DNA of 64,000 nt from Candidatus Poribacteria bacterium (GCA_965214095.1 OZ243938.1:3712001-3776000), one strand, 5' to 3'; shown: positions 21,197-32,006, numbered from the stretch's first letter. Numbers and translations are program-made. The notes: generated from the letters alone by a model not told the origin.

Positions 21197-23149
21197 CTAC
21201 TTGACATGACTTACGTCCCACACAAGAATTGTTCCATCTCTACTGCCGCTTGCAAGAGTTTTTTTGTCTTGTGAAAATGTGAATTGAGTTACTTCATCTG
21301 AATGTGCAGAATGATTGAACCATACCCGTGACTGAGTTTCTACATTCCATAATTCGACCTCACCCGATGGTCCACCTTTGGCAATGAATTTGCCGTTAGG
21401 AGAGAATCTCAAGGCTTTAATGGTTCCTCTTGACTGTTTGAAATCAACTAAGTGTTGATAGGTGTTAACATCCCACAATTGAAACCCTCCACTCCAATCG
21501 CCACTTGCGATCAAACGTCCATTAGGTGAAAAAGTTAGTGCATAGAAATCTTGTTTTTTAGAAGGATGCCACCAAGTTGATTTGGATTCTAATGTGTTTA
21601 CTTCGCCTGATGGTAGTTCCCACAGATTAATTTCGTTAGTTCTTACTGCAAATGCATATCTTTTGAGGTCTAGTGAGAATGCATAAGCATTCGGGATGAG
21701 ATTAGATGATTTGGCTCTTGGCAATTTGTATAATTCCCTTCGCTTTTCAACATCCCACACAATTGTCTCACCCCAAAAACTCACACTGCCAAGCGTCTTT
21801 CCATCTTCAGAAAATTGCAGGTGTTTGAACACACTACCATGTGTGTGTCCAATCAAAGTTGCAATTTGTGTGCGTGTGTCAGCATCCCATAAACGAATTA
21901 TGCCATCAACACTTCCAAGCGCGATTGTTTTTTCGTTTTTAGACATTGCAAGTGCAAACACGTGCCACTTTTGTTTTGTAGGAAATAGTTGCTCAGTTCC
22001 CTTTTCCGAGTCCCAAAATCGAAATGTACCATCAGCACCACAACTGAACAGAGTCTTACCATCTTGTAAAAACTCTAAGCATTTAACTGCCGTTGTGTGC
22101 CCATGTATAGCAAACTCCTGTTTCATATTCGCAACATTCGATATTCTAACAGTGCTATCTGAACTACCACTTGCAAGAAATCTGCTGTTTGATGTAAAGT
22201 CTAAGGATTTAATTGGTAATGAGTTGTGTTCTGTAATGGTTGTTGGTCCTGAATTGTTTATCAGAGGAAGATTCCATAGCGAAATAGTTCCTGCATAATC
22301 ACCTGTAACAAGTATTTTTCCATTTGGAGAGAATGTCATTGCCCCCGCAACACGCGGTATTGTCGGTAATGCTCCCAATTCTTCACCACTTTCTACATCC
22401 CATAGTCGGACAGTCGTACGTCCACTCGCAAGCATCTTTCCATTAGGTGATAACGCTAATGTCTGCGCCAATGAAGTATTCCTTGGAACACCAACATCTT
22501 CATCTAACGTATGGAGTAAAAGGTTTTTATCAATATCCCAAATCCTGACAGTATTCCCACTTGCAGAAGCAAGGAGATTCGTATCTTGTGAAATTACTAA
22601 AGGTGTATGAATGCCACCACTTGATCTCTGATCCCCTGAAAAACTAAGTATTTGACTACCTGTTGGGATCTTCCATGCAGTGAGTTTGACATCTCTTTGT
22701 AGATGTGCACAAAATAGATTGATGCCATCATCTGAAAACTTCAATACCTTAATTGTGCCAATTTCATCATCTATTAGAAAACCGGACTCCCCTGAAGTTG
22801 TATCCCATAACTGAATGGGACCACTAAACCGCCAGAGGGTGCTTGCAATGGTTTTACTATCGGGTGAAAAGGCGATCGTACTTGCATATCTGTGACCTAT
22901 CCGTTTTTCCTTCAACAAAGCGATTTCTGCACCGGTTTCTGCGTCGTAGAGCCACACGCCGATTGAAGTTGCTACTGCTAACAACTTGTCATCAGGTGAA
23001 AATTTAATTTCATTAATAGATCCTTTACCAAGTCGTGCTTTAGCGTTATCAGGTAAACGCCACTTAGAGTATTCTTGTGTATAACCGTATGACAATAACA
23101 AATTCATAGTGATAATTATTAATATGTAGAACAATAAAGATTTTCTCAT
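21197..23149 (-). CDS. Secreted WD40-repeat protein
   Basis: Signal peptide, QEYSKWRLPDNAKARLGKG, WD40 repeats, GSRDGTILVWD end. Confidence 0.9.
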   Translation of the reverse strand: MRKSLLFYILIIITMNLLLSYGYTQEYSKWRLPDNAKARLGKGSINEIKFSPDDKLLAVATSIGVWLYDAETGAEIALLKEKRIGHRYASTIAFSPDSKTIASTLWRFSGPIQLWDTTSGESGFLIDDEIGTIKVLKFSDDGINLFCAHLQRDVKLTAWKIPTGSQILSFSGDQRSSGGIHTPLVISQDTNLLASASGNTVRIWDIDKNLLLHTLDEDVGVPRNTSLAQTLALSPNGKMLASGRTTVRLWDVESGEELGALPTIPRVAGAMTFSPNGKILVTGDYAGTISLWNLPLINNSGPTTITEHNSLPIKSLDFTSNSRFLASGSSDSTVRISNVANMKQEFAIHGHTTAVKCLEFLQDGKTLFSCGADGTFRFWDSEKGTEQLFPTKQKWHVFALAMSKNEKTIALGSVDGIIRLWDADTRTQIATLIGHTHGSVFKHLQFSEDGKTLGSVSFWGETIVWDVEKRRELYKLPRAKSSNLIPNAYAFSLDLKRYAFAVRTNEINLWELPSGEVNTLESKSTWWHPSKKQDFYALTFSPNGRLIASGDWSGGFQLWDVNTYQHLVDFKQSRGTIKALRFSPNGKFIAKGGPSGEVELWNVETQSRVWFNHSAHSDEVTQFTFSQDKKTLASGSRDGTILVWDVSHVK

Positions 23150-23172
23150 TTAATTCTCCTGAATGTATTCTG

Positions 23173-24957
23173 TCAATTAGTACCAATATCCTTAATACAC
23201 TTCTCCCAATCCCATAAGAGTATAGTTCCATCGTCACTTCCACTTGTCATGGTTTTGCCATCTGCGGAAAATGCCAGATTTCTTATCCAACCGTTGTGTC
23301 CAGATAGTGTTGCAATTGGAATATCTATTTCAGATTTTGCATTCCATAATTCAATTCTGTTATATCTATTAGTACTTACAACAGTATTGCTATCTAATGA
23401 AAAAATGACATCGATAATAGCAAATGAATTTCCAAGTTTAGCAATCTGTTTTCTGGTGCCGAGATCCCACAACCGCAATGTACTATCCCAACTGCCACTT
23501 GCTAACATTTTTCCATCGGGAGAAAATGCTAAGGATTCAACCCTCTTAGTGTGACCGGTGAGTGTGTATAATAGTTTTCCATTGCTTGTGTTCCAGACAC
23601 GAATATCTCCTTCCTTTCCTGCTCCTGCTAACATTTTTGTATCAGCAGAAAAAGCTAAGTCAATGATTACTTCCTTAAAACCGGAACGGAACTTTAATAT
23701 TTCATCTCCTGTTGAAACATTCCACAATCGAATTTTCCTATCTGTAGACCCATTAGCAATAAAAGAATTGTCTGGAGAAAACGTTGTGCCAGGATAGCCT
23801 CCTTTGTGTTTCTTAAAAGATATGTATGATATTTCTCTATTTGTCGCAACATCAGTAATTGTCAGTTTGAATCCGTCAACGCTAAATAGTTTCTGACTAT
23901 CGTTTGAAAAAACTAATTTTCTTATTAAGCCATAAGATTTCATCTTTTGTGTCGGTTTCTCGCGACCAGTTTTGATATGCCATAGACTGATTACACCTCG
24001 AGATGTGCCTGCGACAGAATTTGCATCAGGTGCTAATGCCATTTCTTCAACAAAGTGAGGATGTCCTTTAATTATACCAATCTGTTTACCTGTAATAGTG
24101 TCCCACACTCTAATTGTTGCATCCCACGACCCACTTGCTAACATTTTACTATCAGGAGAAAATGCAACTGCCTGAATTGCATCCGTATGTCCTCTGAATG
24201 TTAGGATTTTATGTTTTGTTTCAACGTCCCATAGATATAAACCACCACCAAAATTTCCATTTGCAACCTTTTTGCCATCCTGACTGATAGCAATCGCATG
24301 AGATGGTGAAGATGTGGTAAGTGTCTGTTTGCGTTTTTGTGTGGCTACATCCCATAAATGGATACCTCCATCTTCACTTCCACTGACCAGAGTGTTTCCG
24401 TCATAAGAAAATGCTGTAGCAAAAGAAGGTCTGGTATGTGCTTTTAAATTTGCATTACGTTGACCACCTTGTAAATCATACAAAGTTATTGAACCACCCA
24501 TTGATCCGTTAGCAAGTAGTTCACCGTTAGGTGATAAGGATGGTCCCATTGCATATCCTAATCTTGTAGAATGACTTAGTATTTGGGGAATGATAGGTTT
24601 TGTTGGAGGCGTTTGTGTATTCAACTTCCAAGTCAATGTCGGTCCAAGTTCGCTTGCAGTTATAAGCGTTTCACCATCATCAATAAAAGAAATTGCATTA
24701 ATAGTATCTCTCTCAGATCTCATAAAGGTAATTTCTTTAAGGGATTGAACATCATAAATCCAAATCCCAATGCTTGTTCCGACTGCTAATTGTTTTCCAT
24801 CAGGTGAAAACTTAATGTCGTTTATTTCGCCCTTCCCCAACCGCATTTTTGCACCATCGGGTAGATGCCATTTTGTGTAGTCTTGAGCGAAGCAGTATGA
24901 AAAAAACAGGTTTAGAACTAAGAAAAATACGATGAAGAGAAATAATATATTTTTCAT
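23173..24957 (-). CDS. Secreted WD40-repeat protein
   Basis: Signal peptide, QDYTKWHLPDGAKMRLGKG, WD40 repeats. Confidence 0.9.
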   Translation of the reverse strand: MKNILFLFIVFFLVLNLFFSYCFAQDYTKWHLPDGAKMRLGKGEINDIKFSPDGKQLAVGTSIGIWIYDVQSLKEITFMRSERDTINAISFIDDGETLITASELGPTLTWKLNTQTPPTKPIIPQILSHSTRLGYAMGPSLSPNGELLANGSMGGSITLYDLQGGQRNANLKAHTRPSFATAFSYDGNTLVSGSEDGGIHLWDVATQKRKQTLTTSSPSHAIAISQDGKKVANGNFGGGLYLWDVETKHKILTFRGHTDAIQAVAFSPDSKMLASGSWDATIRVWDTITGKQIGIIKGHPHFVEEMALAPDANSVAGTSRGVISLWHIKTGREKPTQKMKSYGLIRKLVFSNDSQKLFSVDGFKLTITDVATNREISYISFKKHKGGYPGTTFSPDNSFIANGSTDRKIRLWNVSTGDEILKFRSGFKEVIIDLAFSADTKMLAGAGKEGDIRVWNTSNGKLLYTLTGHTKRVESLAFSPDGKMLASGSWDSTLRLWDLGTRKQIAKLGNSFAIIDVIFSLDSNTVVSTNRYNRIELWNAKSEIDIPIATLSGHNGWIRNLAFSADGKTMTSGSDDGTILLWDWEKCIKDIGTN

Positions 24958-25012
24958 TTTTTGTCTACTAATGTTTTAGTGATAATTCCTTTTAAAGTAT
25001 TGTATTTTCCGA

Positions 25013-27061
25013 TTAACGATCAGGAGCAATTTTCTCCCAATCCCAGAGAAGAATTGTGCCATCCCTGCTTCCACTGGCAAGAATTTTGCCGTTAGGAGAG
25101 AATTTCAATTCCGACACCGCCCCTATATGCCCCCTAAAAAATGGAATAGGGTCTTCCTTTGAGATGGAATTCTTCAATCCGTTGAGCATTGACGATAACA
25201 AATTTACAAGTGGCAAATTGTAATTAATGTCTATGTTCGCAAGATGAATCGTTCCATTCCACTTGCCAATTAATAATGTTTTGTCATCCGGAGCAAACTG
25301 TAAAGTTTTTACTCCGTTTTGGTTTCTGATAACAGAAATTTGAGTGGCGTTGACCGTGTTCCATAAACGAATTGTAGAGTCATTACTTGCAGACACGAGA
25401 ATTTTTCCATCAAGTGAGAACGCTAATGTCTCAACTCTATTTCTATGTTTTGTTATAGTGTGTAATGGTGTTCCATCAGTCATGTTCCAGATGCGAATTT
25501 TAGACTCCCAATTTGTAGCGTTCCAACTGCTGGAAACCAAAGTTTCTCCATTCGGTGAAAATGCTAATCTCCAAATTGGTGCAGTATGCCCTTTAAGAGT
25601 GTATTGAGGCATGTTCATATCGGAATTGGTGGTATCCCAAACTCGAATAACTGTATCTCTACCACCACTTGCAACGATCTTACCATCAGATGAAATTGTC
25701 AATTGGTTATGTGGATCCCTTGTCGGTTGTCCTTTTAAAATAGTGATCTGCTGTTTGGTTTGAACATCCCACACATCTAAAGAACCATCCCAATTATTGT
25801 AAACGACAGTTTTACCGACAAGTGAAATTGTACCACTGCCCTTGATATCTAAGTATTCAGTAAAAAGTTGTTCCGCCAGATTCATATCCCATTGTTGTAT
25901 TCGGATGTTTCCCGAACCTGAATAGCTGGTGAGTACATGGGTAAGCGCACCATCTACCTTGGAAAACTTAAGCCTCTTTATGGAACGCAGATGTTTTGTC
26001 AAACAGAACGCTTGGTCCCAGGTAATAGTGTTCCACGCCCTGATTGTACCATGACTACTGACAGCAAGCAGCGTGGTTTCGTCTGGTGAAAACGCCAACT
26101 TATGAATATCGTTTTTACCTTTATTGAGTATTAGCTGGTGATTATCTTCGCCTATAACTGGTGTCCATGGTGGCTTTCGTTCAACTGCTTTTTTCCACAA
26201 CCTCACACCATCCCCATGGGCAGTAGCAAGGAACCTGCCTTTTGGTGAAAAAGTTAATGTAATAAATCCACTATTAGTAGGTCGAATAGAAGTTTCCTGA
26301 CGTTTAGCAAATTCCAAATTTGCAAATCGAATAGCTCCGATGTGACCGCCGCTTGCAAGGATTTCACTATCAGGTGAAAACACAAGTCCTGTCCTATGTT
26401 TATCGTTACTGGTTACAGATATCAGGTACTTCCCAGTTTTAATGTTCCACACTCGAAATTGATATGCTCGCTGGGCAAAAAATACTGCAGCCAATAACTG
26501 ACCATCTGGAGAGACCGCAACCGACTTGAACCATGAACCTATCAGATACTCTGAACCAAACTTTATATCCTCAAATTCCATTTGCGTTTTTTTGGTGCCG
26601 AAATTCCATACGCGAATCTGTCCCTCATTTCCAACACAAGTGAGTTTTGTTCCATCCGTCGAGAAAGATAAGATTTTGATTCCAGCGGGGGCGGTTAAAG
26701 TCATAAAGGGTTTTTCTGCATCTATATCCCACAGTAGCACTTCACTCCCTGATGCGCTGGCGATCATGTTACCATCAGGCGAAAATGTCACTATGTTGAT
26801 TCTATTGTCTGGTGTGTTTAGAAACTTGATATCTTTGCCTGAGAGTGCATCATATATCCAAATTCCTATAGAAGTCGCGACAGCAAACTGAGATCCATCT
26901 GGCGAATATTTGATGTCGTAAACTAATCCTCTGCCGAGACGCGCGATCGCTCCCTCAGGCAAGTGCCACTGGGTTGTGTAATCTTGTGCCAGGCTTGCAT
27001 CTAATGTAAACAAGTTTACAATCAACAAGGGGACTGCATAGATAAAGTAACATCTTTTCAT
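25013..27061 (-). CDS. Secreted WD40-repeat protein
   Basis: Signal peptide, QWHLPEGAIARLGRG, WD40 repeats. Confidence 0.9.
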   Translation of the reverse strand: MKRCYFIYAVPLLIVNLFTLDASLAQDYTTQWHLPEGAIARLGRGLVYDIKYSPDGSQFAVATSIGIWIYDALSGKDIKFLNTPDNRINIVTFSPDGNMIASASGSEVLLWDIDAEKPFMTLTAPAGIKILSFSTDGTKLTCVGNEGQIRVWNFGTKKTQMEFEDIKFGSEYLIGSWFKSVAVSPDGQLLAAVFFAQRAYQFRVWNIKTGKYLISVTSNDKHRTGLVFSPDSEILASGGHIGAIRFANLEFAKRQETSIRPTNSGFITLTFSPKGRFLATAHGDGVRLWKKAVERKPPWTPVIGEDNHQLILNKGKNDIHKLAFSPDETTLLAVSSHGTIRAWNTITWDQAFCLTKHLRSIKRLKFSKVDGALTHVLTSYSGSGNIRIQQWDMNLAEQLFTEYLDIKGSGTISLVGKTVVYNNWDGSLDVWDVQTKQQITILKGQPTRDPHNQLTISSDGKIVASGGRDTVIRVWDTTNSDMNMPQYTLKGHTAPIWRLAFSPNGETLVSSSWNATNWESKIRIWNMTDGTPLHTITKHRNRVETLAFSLDGKILVSASNDSTIRLWNTVNATQISVIRNQNGVKTLQFAPDDKTLLIGKWNGTIHLANIDINYNLPLVNLLSSMLNGLKNSISKEDPIPFFRGHIGAVSELKFSPNGKILASGSRDGTILLWDWEKIAPDR

Positions 27062-27222
27062 TTACAGACTCCTTTTCACAAGATTCATTCCTGAGATGTC
27101 TTTCTCATTTTTGTGATTAGTTTAACACGTGAACCCTCTAAAAAACAAGCAGTATTTCATAGCTTCAAGAATTCATTTGATGTTTGTCATAGATTCATAA
27201 CTAAGAAAAAAAGAAAAAATAA

Positions 27223-27251
27223 TTGATATAGACTTTGGGATTTAGTATAAT
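27223..27251 (+). promoter_or_regulatory. Sigma70-type promoter for fpr
   Basis: TTGATA-N17-TATAAT. Confidence 0.65.
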
Positions 27252-27298
27252 ATATGGTAGTTTAACAGAACCGAAATAATAATTTGAAGGATAAGAAT

Positions 27299-28069
27299 AT
27301 GCAAAGAAAAAGTTCCAGATCGCGATACTGTATTGGTGAACTCATTGAACGTGAAGATTTTTCTGAAGATTTAGCGGCTTTTAAATTCAAAACGGATCAG
27401 CAACTCCCCTTTATTCCCGGGCAATATGCGACTATCGGATTTGAAGTTGACGAGAAGATTGTCCAACGTCCCTATTCTATAGTCTCATCTCCGCATGAAC
27501 CTTTTATGGAAGTTTTTGTTGAGTTGGTGCCTGAGGGTGCTACAACTCCACTTTTTTGGGAGTTGAAACTGGGTGATACTGTTTTCATCAGGGATCGTCT
27601 TGTAGGGAAATTCGTGATGGATACTGAAAGTGGAATGACTCGTCATGTGATGGCGGGGACTGTCACTGGTGCTGCACCTTATATCAGCATTGCCCGCACA
27701 CTGAAAATTGAACAGGAACAGGGAAAAGCAAGTCCACATGAGATTATTTCTATCGTGGGTGCGAGTCGTTCTTGGGAACTCGGTTATTATATGGATGAAT
27801 TGAATGAATTGGCTGCTCAAGAGGAGTGGTTCACTTTTGTTCCGACTGTGAGTCGTCCTTGGGAAGACCCGGAATGGGAAGGTGAAAGTGGTCGTGCTGA
27901 GGATGTTATTCGGAAATATGGTGATCAGCTGGGGTTTGACCATACGAATTCGGTTGTGTATGCGTGCGGTCATCCGCAGATGATTGAGAATTCTAAAGCG
28001 ATCTGGGCGCGTGCGCGTTTTCCTGAAGAACGGATTAAAGAGGAGAAGTTTTTTGTGATTAAGGAGTAG
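27299..28069 (+). CDS. fpr: Ferredoxin--NADP+ reductase family protein
   Basis: FIPGQY, RPYSIVS, TVTGAAPY, VSRP, YACGHPQMI and EKF motifs. Confidence 0.85.
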   Translation: MQRKSSRSRYCIGELIEREDFSEDLAAFKFKTDQQLPFIPGQYATIGFEVDEKIVQRPYSIVSSPHEPFMEVFVELVPEGATTPLFWELKLGDTVFIRDRLVGKFVMDTESGMTRHVMAGTVTGAAPYISIARTLKIEQEQGKASPHEIISIVGASRSWELGYYMDELNELAAQEEWFTFVPTVSRPWEDPEWEGESGRAEDVIRKYGDQLGFDHTNSVVYACGHPQMIENSKAIWARARFPEERIKEEKFFVIKE

Positions 28070-28106
28070 GGTAATTAAGCAACATTTATATATCAACATA
28101 AATAGT

Positions 28107-28147
28107 AAAACCCCGTGCTTCTAAATTTGGAATGGCACGGGGTTTTT
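28107..28147 (+). terminator. Intrinsic terminator after fpr
   Basis: AAAACCCCGTGC/GCACGGGGTTTT hairpin. Confidence 0.65.
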
Positions 28148-28320
28148 GCATGATTATATTATCGTATGAGTGTTTATCTAACTTTGAAAAATACATTAAA
28201 CTACATTATAGGTCAAGTTCTGACACGTGTTTTGTGACAGAACCGCTAAAGCCGAGATTAAGCAATAGAGAATCTCGAAAATTGAAAGACTCTGCAAACC
28301 CCAAAACACTAATCTCTATC

Positions 28321-28349
28321 TTGACAGAAAATCTACTATCTGATAACAT
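28321..28349 (+). promoter_or_regulatory. Sigma70-type promoter
   Basis: TTGACA-N17-TAACAT with a TG extension. Confidence 0.55.
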
Positions 28350-28469
28350 AAGCACAGTCTCAAAACAACCCTAAACCAAATATGTAATCCAAACAAATGA
28401 TTTTGAATTTACATATCGTAGGGTATTTAGAAATCACAACATATACCTTCAGTATAGGAGGGAAGAAAC

Positions 28470-29267
28470 GTGTATTTAAAGCCATTGAATAAAAAGCAAA
28501 TGAGTTTCGTAGTCATCACAATTATGGTGTTTGTTTGTATCTTTTCATCATACGCATCTGTAGATAGAAATACCGTTGCAGTGTGGCTGTTTGAAGAAGG
28601 AGGTGGGAATACAGTCCGAGATGCTTCTGGCAATGGACATGATGGAAAAATAAACGGTAAACTCAATTGGGTCGATGCAAAGATTGGAATTGGTTTGGAA
28701 TTCCCCGGCGATGCGAGTGGTTATATCGCCGTTAATTCAACTAACAAATTGGAATTAGAAACGCTTAGTATTGAAGCGTGGGTTAAAGTTACATCTGCTA
28801 CCGGGAAATGGCAAGGGATTGTTTGTAAACAGCAAGCAGGATGTACAAACCGAAACTATGGGATTTGGGTACATAATGTTGAGAGTGTCTTACATGCACA
28901 GATAGGAGCAAATGGAGGATGTGCATTTAATATGAATGCGACCACTGTGATTACAGACAACACGTGGCATCACCTTGCATTTACGTTTGATGGGAACACG
29001 GCTCGGGTTTATGTAGATGGTAAATTAGAAGGTCAACAGGCAAATGAGGTTACATTTCAAAGTAACGATGCGATTACTATAGGTGCACCACAGAAAGATA
29101 ATCCTAACGGACTTCTGGGAATTATTGAAGAGATCCGTATTTCTGACATCGCCCGATCAGAAGAAGAAATAAACAAGGCAATGAATGTCGGATTAGCACA
29201 AATTTTGAGTGTTGACCCACGATCAAAACTAACTACACGGTGGGGTTATATCAAACAGGTTCGGTAA
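28470..29267 (+). CDS. Secreted LamG-like jellyroll protein
   Basis: WLFEEGGG..VRDASGNGHDG, SIEAWVK, WHHLAFTFDG and IEEIRIS motifs; tail VDPRSKLTTRWGYIK. Confidence 0.85.
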   Translation: MYLKPLNKKQMSFVVITIMVFVCIFSSYASVDRNTVAVWLFEEGGGNTVRDASGNGHDGKINGKLNWVDAKIGIGLEFPGDASGYIAVNSTNKLELETLSIEAWVKVTSATGKWQGIVCKQQAGCTNRNYGIWVHNVESVLHAQIGANGGCAFNMNATTVITDNTWHHLAFTFDGNTARVYVDGKLEGQQANEVTFQSNDAITIGAPQKDNPNGLLGIIEEIRISDIARSEEEINKAMNVGLAQILSVDPRSKLTTRWGYIKQVR

Positions 29268-29285
29268 ATCAATCAGGAGACCCAT

Positions 29286-30524
29286 TTGAGAGCATTTAAG
29301 TATACGACGTTATTATCACTGTTCTGTTTTTGTCTACTTGCTTATGGATCTGGTCCAGATATCCCTGAATATGGTCTTCCGGTGGCAGTACCAGAGGACG
29401 TTGGTGTTTCAAGTGAGAAACTTAAGGTAATCGCACCTACGCTGCAAGGTTATGTTGACAAAGGACAACTTCCGGGTTTCTTGACTGTCATTGCACGGAA
29501 AGGGAAAGTTGTCCATTTTGAACCTCTCGGTATGCAAAATGTTGAGAGTAAAAAACCGATTAAATCGGACACGATATTTCGAATCTACTCCATGTCAAAA
29601 CCGATTACCAGTGTTGCTGTGATGATACTGTACGACGAGGGACACATTAGACTTGATGACCCAGTTGAGAAATATATTCCAGCATTCAAAGACATAAAGG
29701 TTTTTAATAATCAACAGACACAAACCCATACCGCCAAGAATAAGATGACGATAAAGCATCTACTCACACATACTTCCGGACTGACTTACGGGTGGGGTGA
29801 TAGACCTGTTGATAAACTTTATACCAAATTAAAAGTATTTGACAGTAATTCAACATTAGCAGAAAAGATAGAGAAACTTAGCAAAATCCCGCTTGTATTC
29901 GAACCCGGTAAACGTTGGAAATACGGTGTTTCTACGGATGTTCTCGGTTATATTGTGGAAGTTGTTTCTGAAATGCCATTTGAAGAATTCTTACAAAAGA
30001 AGATTTTCAAACCGCTTGGTATGGATGATACAGGGTTTTCAGTACCACCATCAAAAGTGGGAAGATTTGCAGGGATATATAGAGCTACTGAAGCAGGTGG
30101 ATTAAATCTTGTGGGTAAACCTCCTCTTGCAACTGATAATATGACATTCTTTCCTTCTGGTGGCGGTGGACTTGTTTCAACTGGTGTGGATTACCTCCGT
30201 TTTTGTCAGATGTTACTCAATGGTGGTGAATTGGATGGTGTGCGCATTTTAAAGACAGAAACCGTTGAATTAATGCATTCTCCTCATCAAAAATATCATA
30301 GAGATGGATGGTCTTATGGATTTGGATTCCATGTTGTTACACGAAAAAACCAACGGTCGACTGGAACATTTAGTGGTGGTGGTTTGGCTGGGACTAACTT
30401 TTGGATTGACCCAGAAAAAGAACTCATTGGGATTTTGATGACACAGATTCTCAATAACCAACATCCATTTCAAGGCGAATTCAGGAAATCCGTCTATCAG
30501 GCTTTGATAGACTCAGAGAAATAG
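29286..30524 (+). CDS. Beta-lactamase-family serine hydrolase (exported)
   Basis: FRIYSMSK (SxxK), LLTHTSGL, PG..WKYG and SGGGGL motifs. Confidence 0.88.
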   Translation: MRAFKYTTLLSLFCFCLLAYGSGPDIPEYGLPVAVPEDVGVSSEKLKVIAPTLQGYVDKGQLPGFLTVIARKGKVVHFEPLGMQNVESKKPIKSDTIFRIYSMSKPITSVAVMILYDEGHIRLDDPVEKYIPAFKDIKVFNNQQTQTHTAKNKMTIKHLLTHTSGLTYGWGDRPVDKLYTKLKVFDSNSTLAEKIEKLSKIPLVFEPGKRWKYGVSTDVLGYIVEVVSEMPFEEFLQKKIFKPLGMDDTGFSVPPSKVGRFAGIYRATEAGGLNLVGKPPLATDNMTFFPSGGGGLVSTGVDYLRFCQMLLNGGELDGVRILKTETVELMHSPHQKYHRDGWSYGFGFHVVTRKNQRSTGTFSGGGLAGTNFWIDPEKELIGILMTQILNNQHPFQGEFRKSVYQALIDSEK

Positions 30525-30572
30525 CGTAATCTGTGAGAAAAACCATACCTAATTTTAATGTGTAATTGATCT

Positions 30573-30712
30573 TATAGTAGATTTTGAAATTACTTGAACA
30601 CTCTGCATTGGCGAGGTTAGGAAACCTCACCTACCGTGGGGCGAAAGGCGAGGTTAGGAAACCTAGCCTACCGTGGGGCGAAAGTGTCAACTTATATTTA
30701 TAATTCACTATA
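30573..30712. repeat. MITE-like element with ~29-bp imperfect TIRs and two tandem 37-bp REP units
   Basis: Units at 30610-30646 and 30647-30683; ends TATAGTAG...ACAC / GTGT...CACTATA. Confidence 0.8.
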
Positions 30713-30727
30713 TCAAAGGAGAACAAC

Positions 30728-31981
30728 TTGAGAATATTTAGATATACATTATTGTCGCTATTTTGCATCTCTATATTCGCTTGTGGAGCTGCTACATACT
30801 CACCAGAACATGGTTTACCATTGGCAGAACCTGAGAAATCCGGTTTTTCCAGTGAAGGTCTTGCTAAAATTGCACCAAAGTTGCAAGAATATATTGATAA
30901 TGGACAACTCCCGGGTTTCTTGACTGTTGTAGCGAAAAATGGAAAGATCGTCCATTTTCATTCACAGGGAATGCGTGATGTTGATGCACAAAAACCGGTA
31001 GAAGCAGACACGATATTCCGAATCTACTCCATGTCCAAACCGATTACAAGTGTTGCTGTAATGATACTATATGACGAGGGAAAACTTAAACTTGACGATC
31101 CTGTGGAAAAATATATTCCTGCGTTTAAGGAACTGAAGGTCTTTAACAAAGAGCAGACAGAAACGCAGGATGCACAGAATAAGATGACAATACAACATCT
31201 CCTTACACATTCTTCAGGATTGACTTACGGATGGGGTGGCAAACCTGTTGATAAGCTTTATGGCGAACTAAAAATATTCCAAAAAGGGTCGGGATTAGCT
31301 GATATGGTAGAAAAACTGGCGAAAATCCCGCTTGTTTTTGAACCCGGTGAACGGTGGAACTACGGTGTTTCCACGGATGTTCTCGGTTATCTTGTAGAAG
31401 TTGTTTCGGAAATGCCTTTTGAACAATTCTTACAAACCAGAATCTTCCAACCACTCGGAATGAATGATACAGCGTTTTCGGTGCCAAAAGCAAAAGTAGA
31501 ACGTTTTGCAGCACTCTATAGACCTACCGAAGAGGGAGGACTCAGACTTGCAAGAAACGTCCCACTTGCAACCGATGATCTCACTTTTTTCCCTTCTGGT
31601 GGTGGGGGACTCGTATCAACTGCAGCGGATTATCTGCGTTTCTGTCAAATGCTACTCAACGGTGGTGAATTGGATGGAAAACGAATACTAAAATCCGATA
31701 CCGTTGAACTTATACGCTATCCACATCTACAATACCGCAAAGATGGTGCTTTCGGACTCGGTTTCCATGTTGTCACGCGTAAAGATACCGAGAAAGACAA
31801 AAGAGCTACAGGATCATATAGTTGGGGTGGCGCGGCTGCAACCACTTTCTGGATTGACCCTGAGAACGAACTTGTCGCTGTTCTAATGACACAGTTAATG
31901 AATAATCGCCACGGTTTTGCAGGAGACTTTGAAAGGTTAACCTATCAGGCAATGGATAGTTCTGGTCAATCTGAAAACTAA
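30728..31981 (+). CDS. Beta-lactamase-family serine hydrolase (probable lipoprotein)
   Basis: IFAC lipobox-like site, YSMSK, LLTHSSG and WGG motifs. Confidence 0.88.
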   Translation: MRIFRYTLLSLFCISIFACGAATYSPEHGLPLAEPEKSGFSSEGLAKIAPKLQEYIDNGQLPGFLTVVAKNGKIVHFHSQGMRDVDAQKPVEADTIFRIYSMSKPITSVAVMILYDEGKLKLDDPVEKYIPAFKELKVFNKEQTETQDAQNKMTIQHLLTHSSGLTYGWGGKPVDKLYGELKIFQKGSGLADMVEKLAKIPLVFEPGERWNYGVSTDVLGYLVEVVSEMPFEQFLQTRIFQPLGMNDTAFSVPKAKVERFAALYRPTEEGGLRLARNVPLATDDLTFFPSGGGGLVSTAADYLRFCQMLLNGGELDGKRILKSDTVELIRYPHLQYRKDGAFGLGFHVVTRKDTEKDKRATGSYSWGGAAATTFWIDPENELVAVLMTQLMNNRHGFAGDFERLTYQAMDSSGQSEN

Positions 31982-32006
31982 AATAATTGGATATTCTAAA
32001 GGAGAA

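Noticed and set aside
7419-27061. Diversity-generating retroelement behind the Uma2 or WD40 variation
   Set aside because: No reverse transcriptase and no template/variable repeat pair differing only at adenines was seen.
21696-28099. Long antisense ORFs (for example 21696-22298 and 27485-28099)
   Set aside because: Shadow frames of well-supported genes on the opposite strand.
28134-28150. Possible sigma54 promoter TGGCAC...TTGC
   Set aside because: GG-to-GC spacing is 12 rather than 10, and the sequence is the arm of a terminator hairpin.
30610-30683. 37-bp tandem repeat of CRISPR-repeat length
   Set aside because: The two units abut with no spacer, belong to the dispersed REP family, and there are no cas genes.
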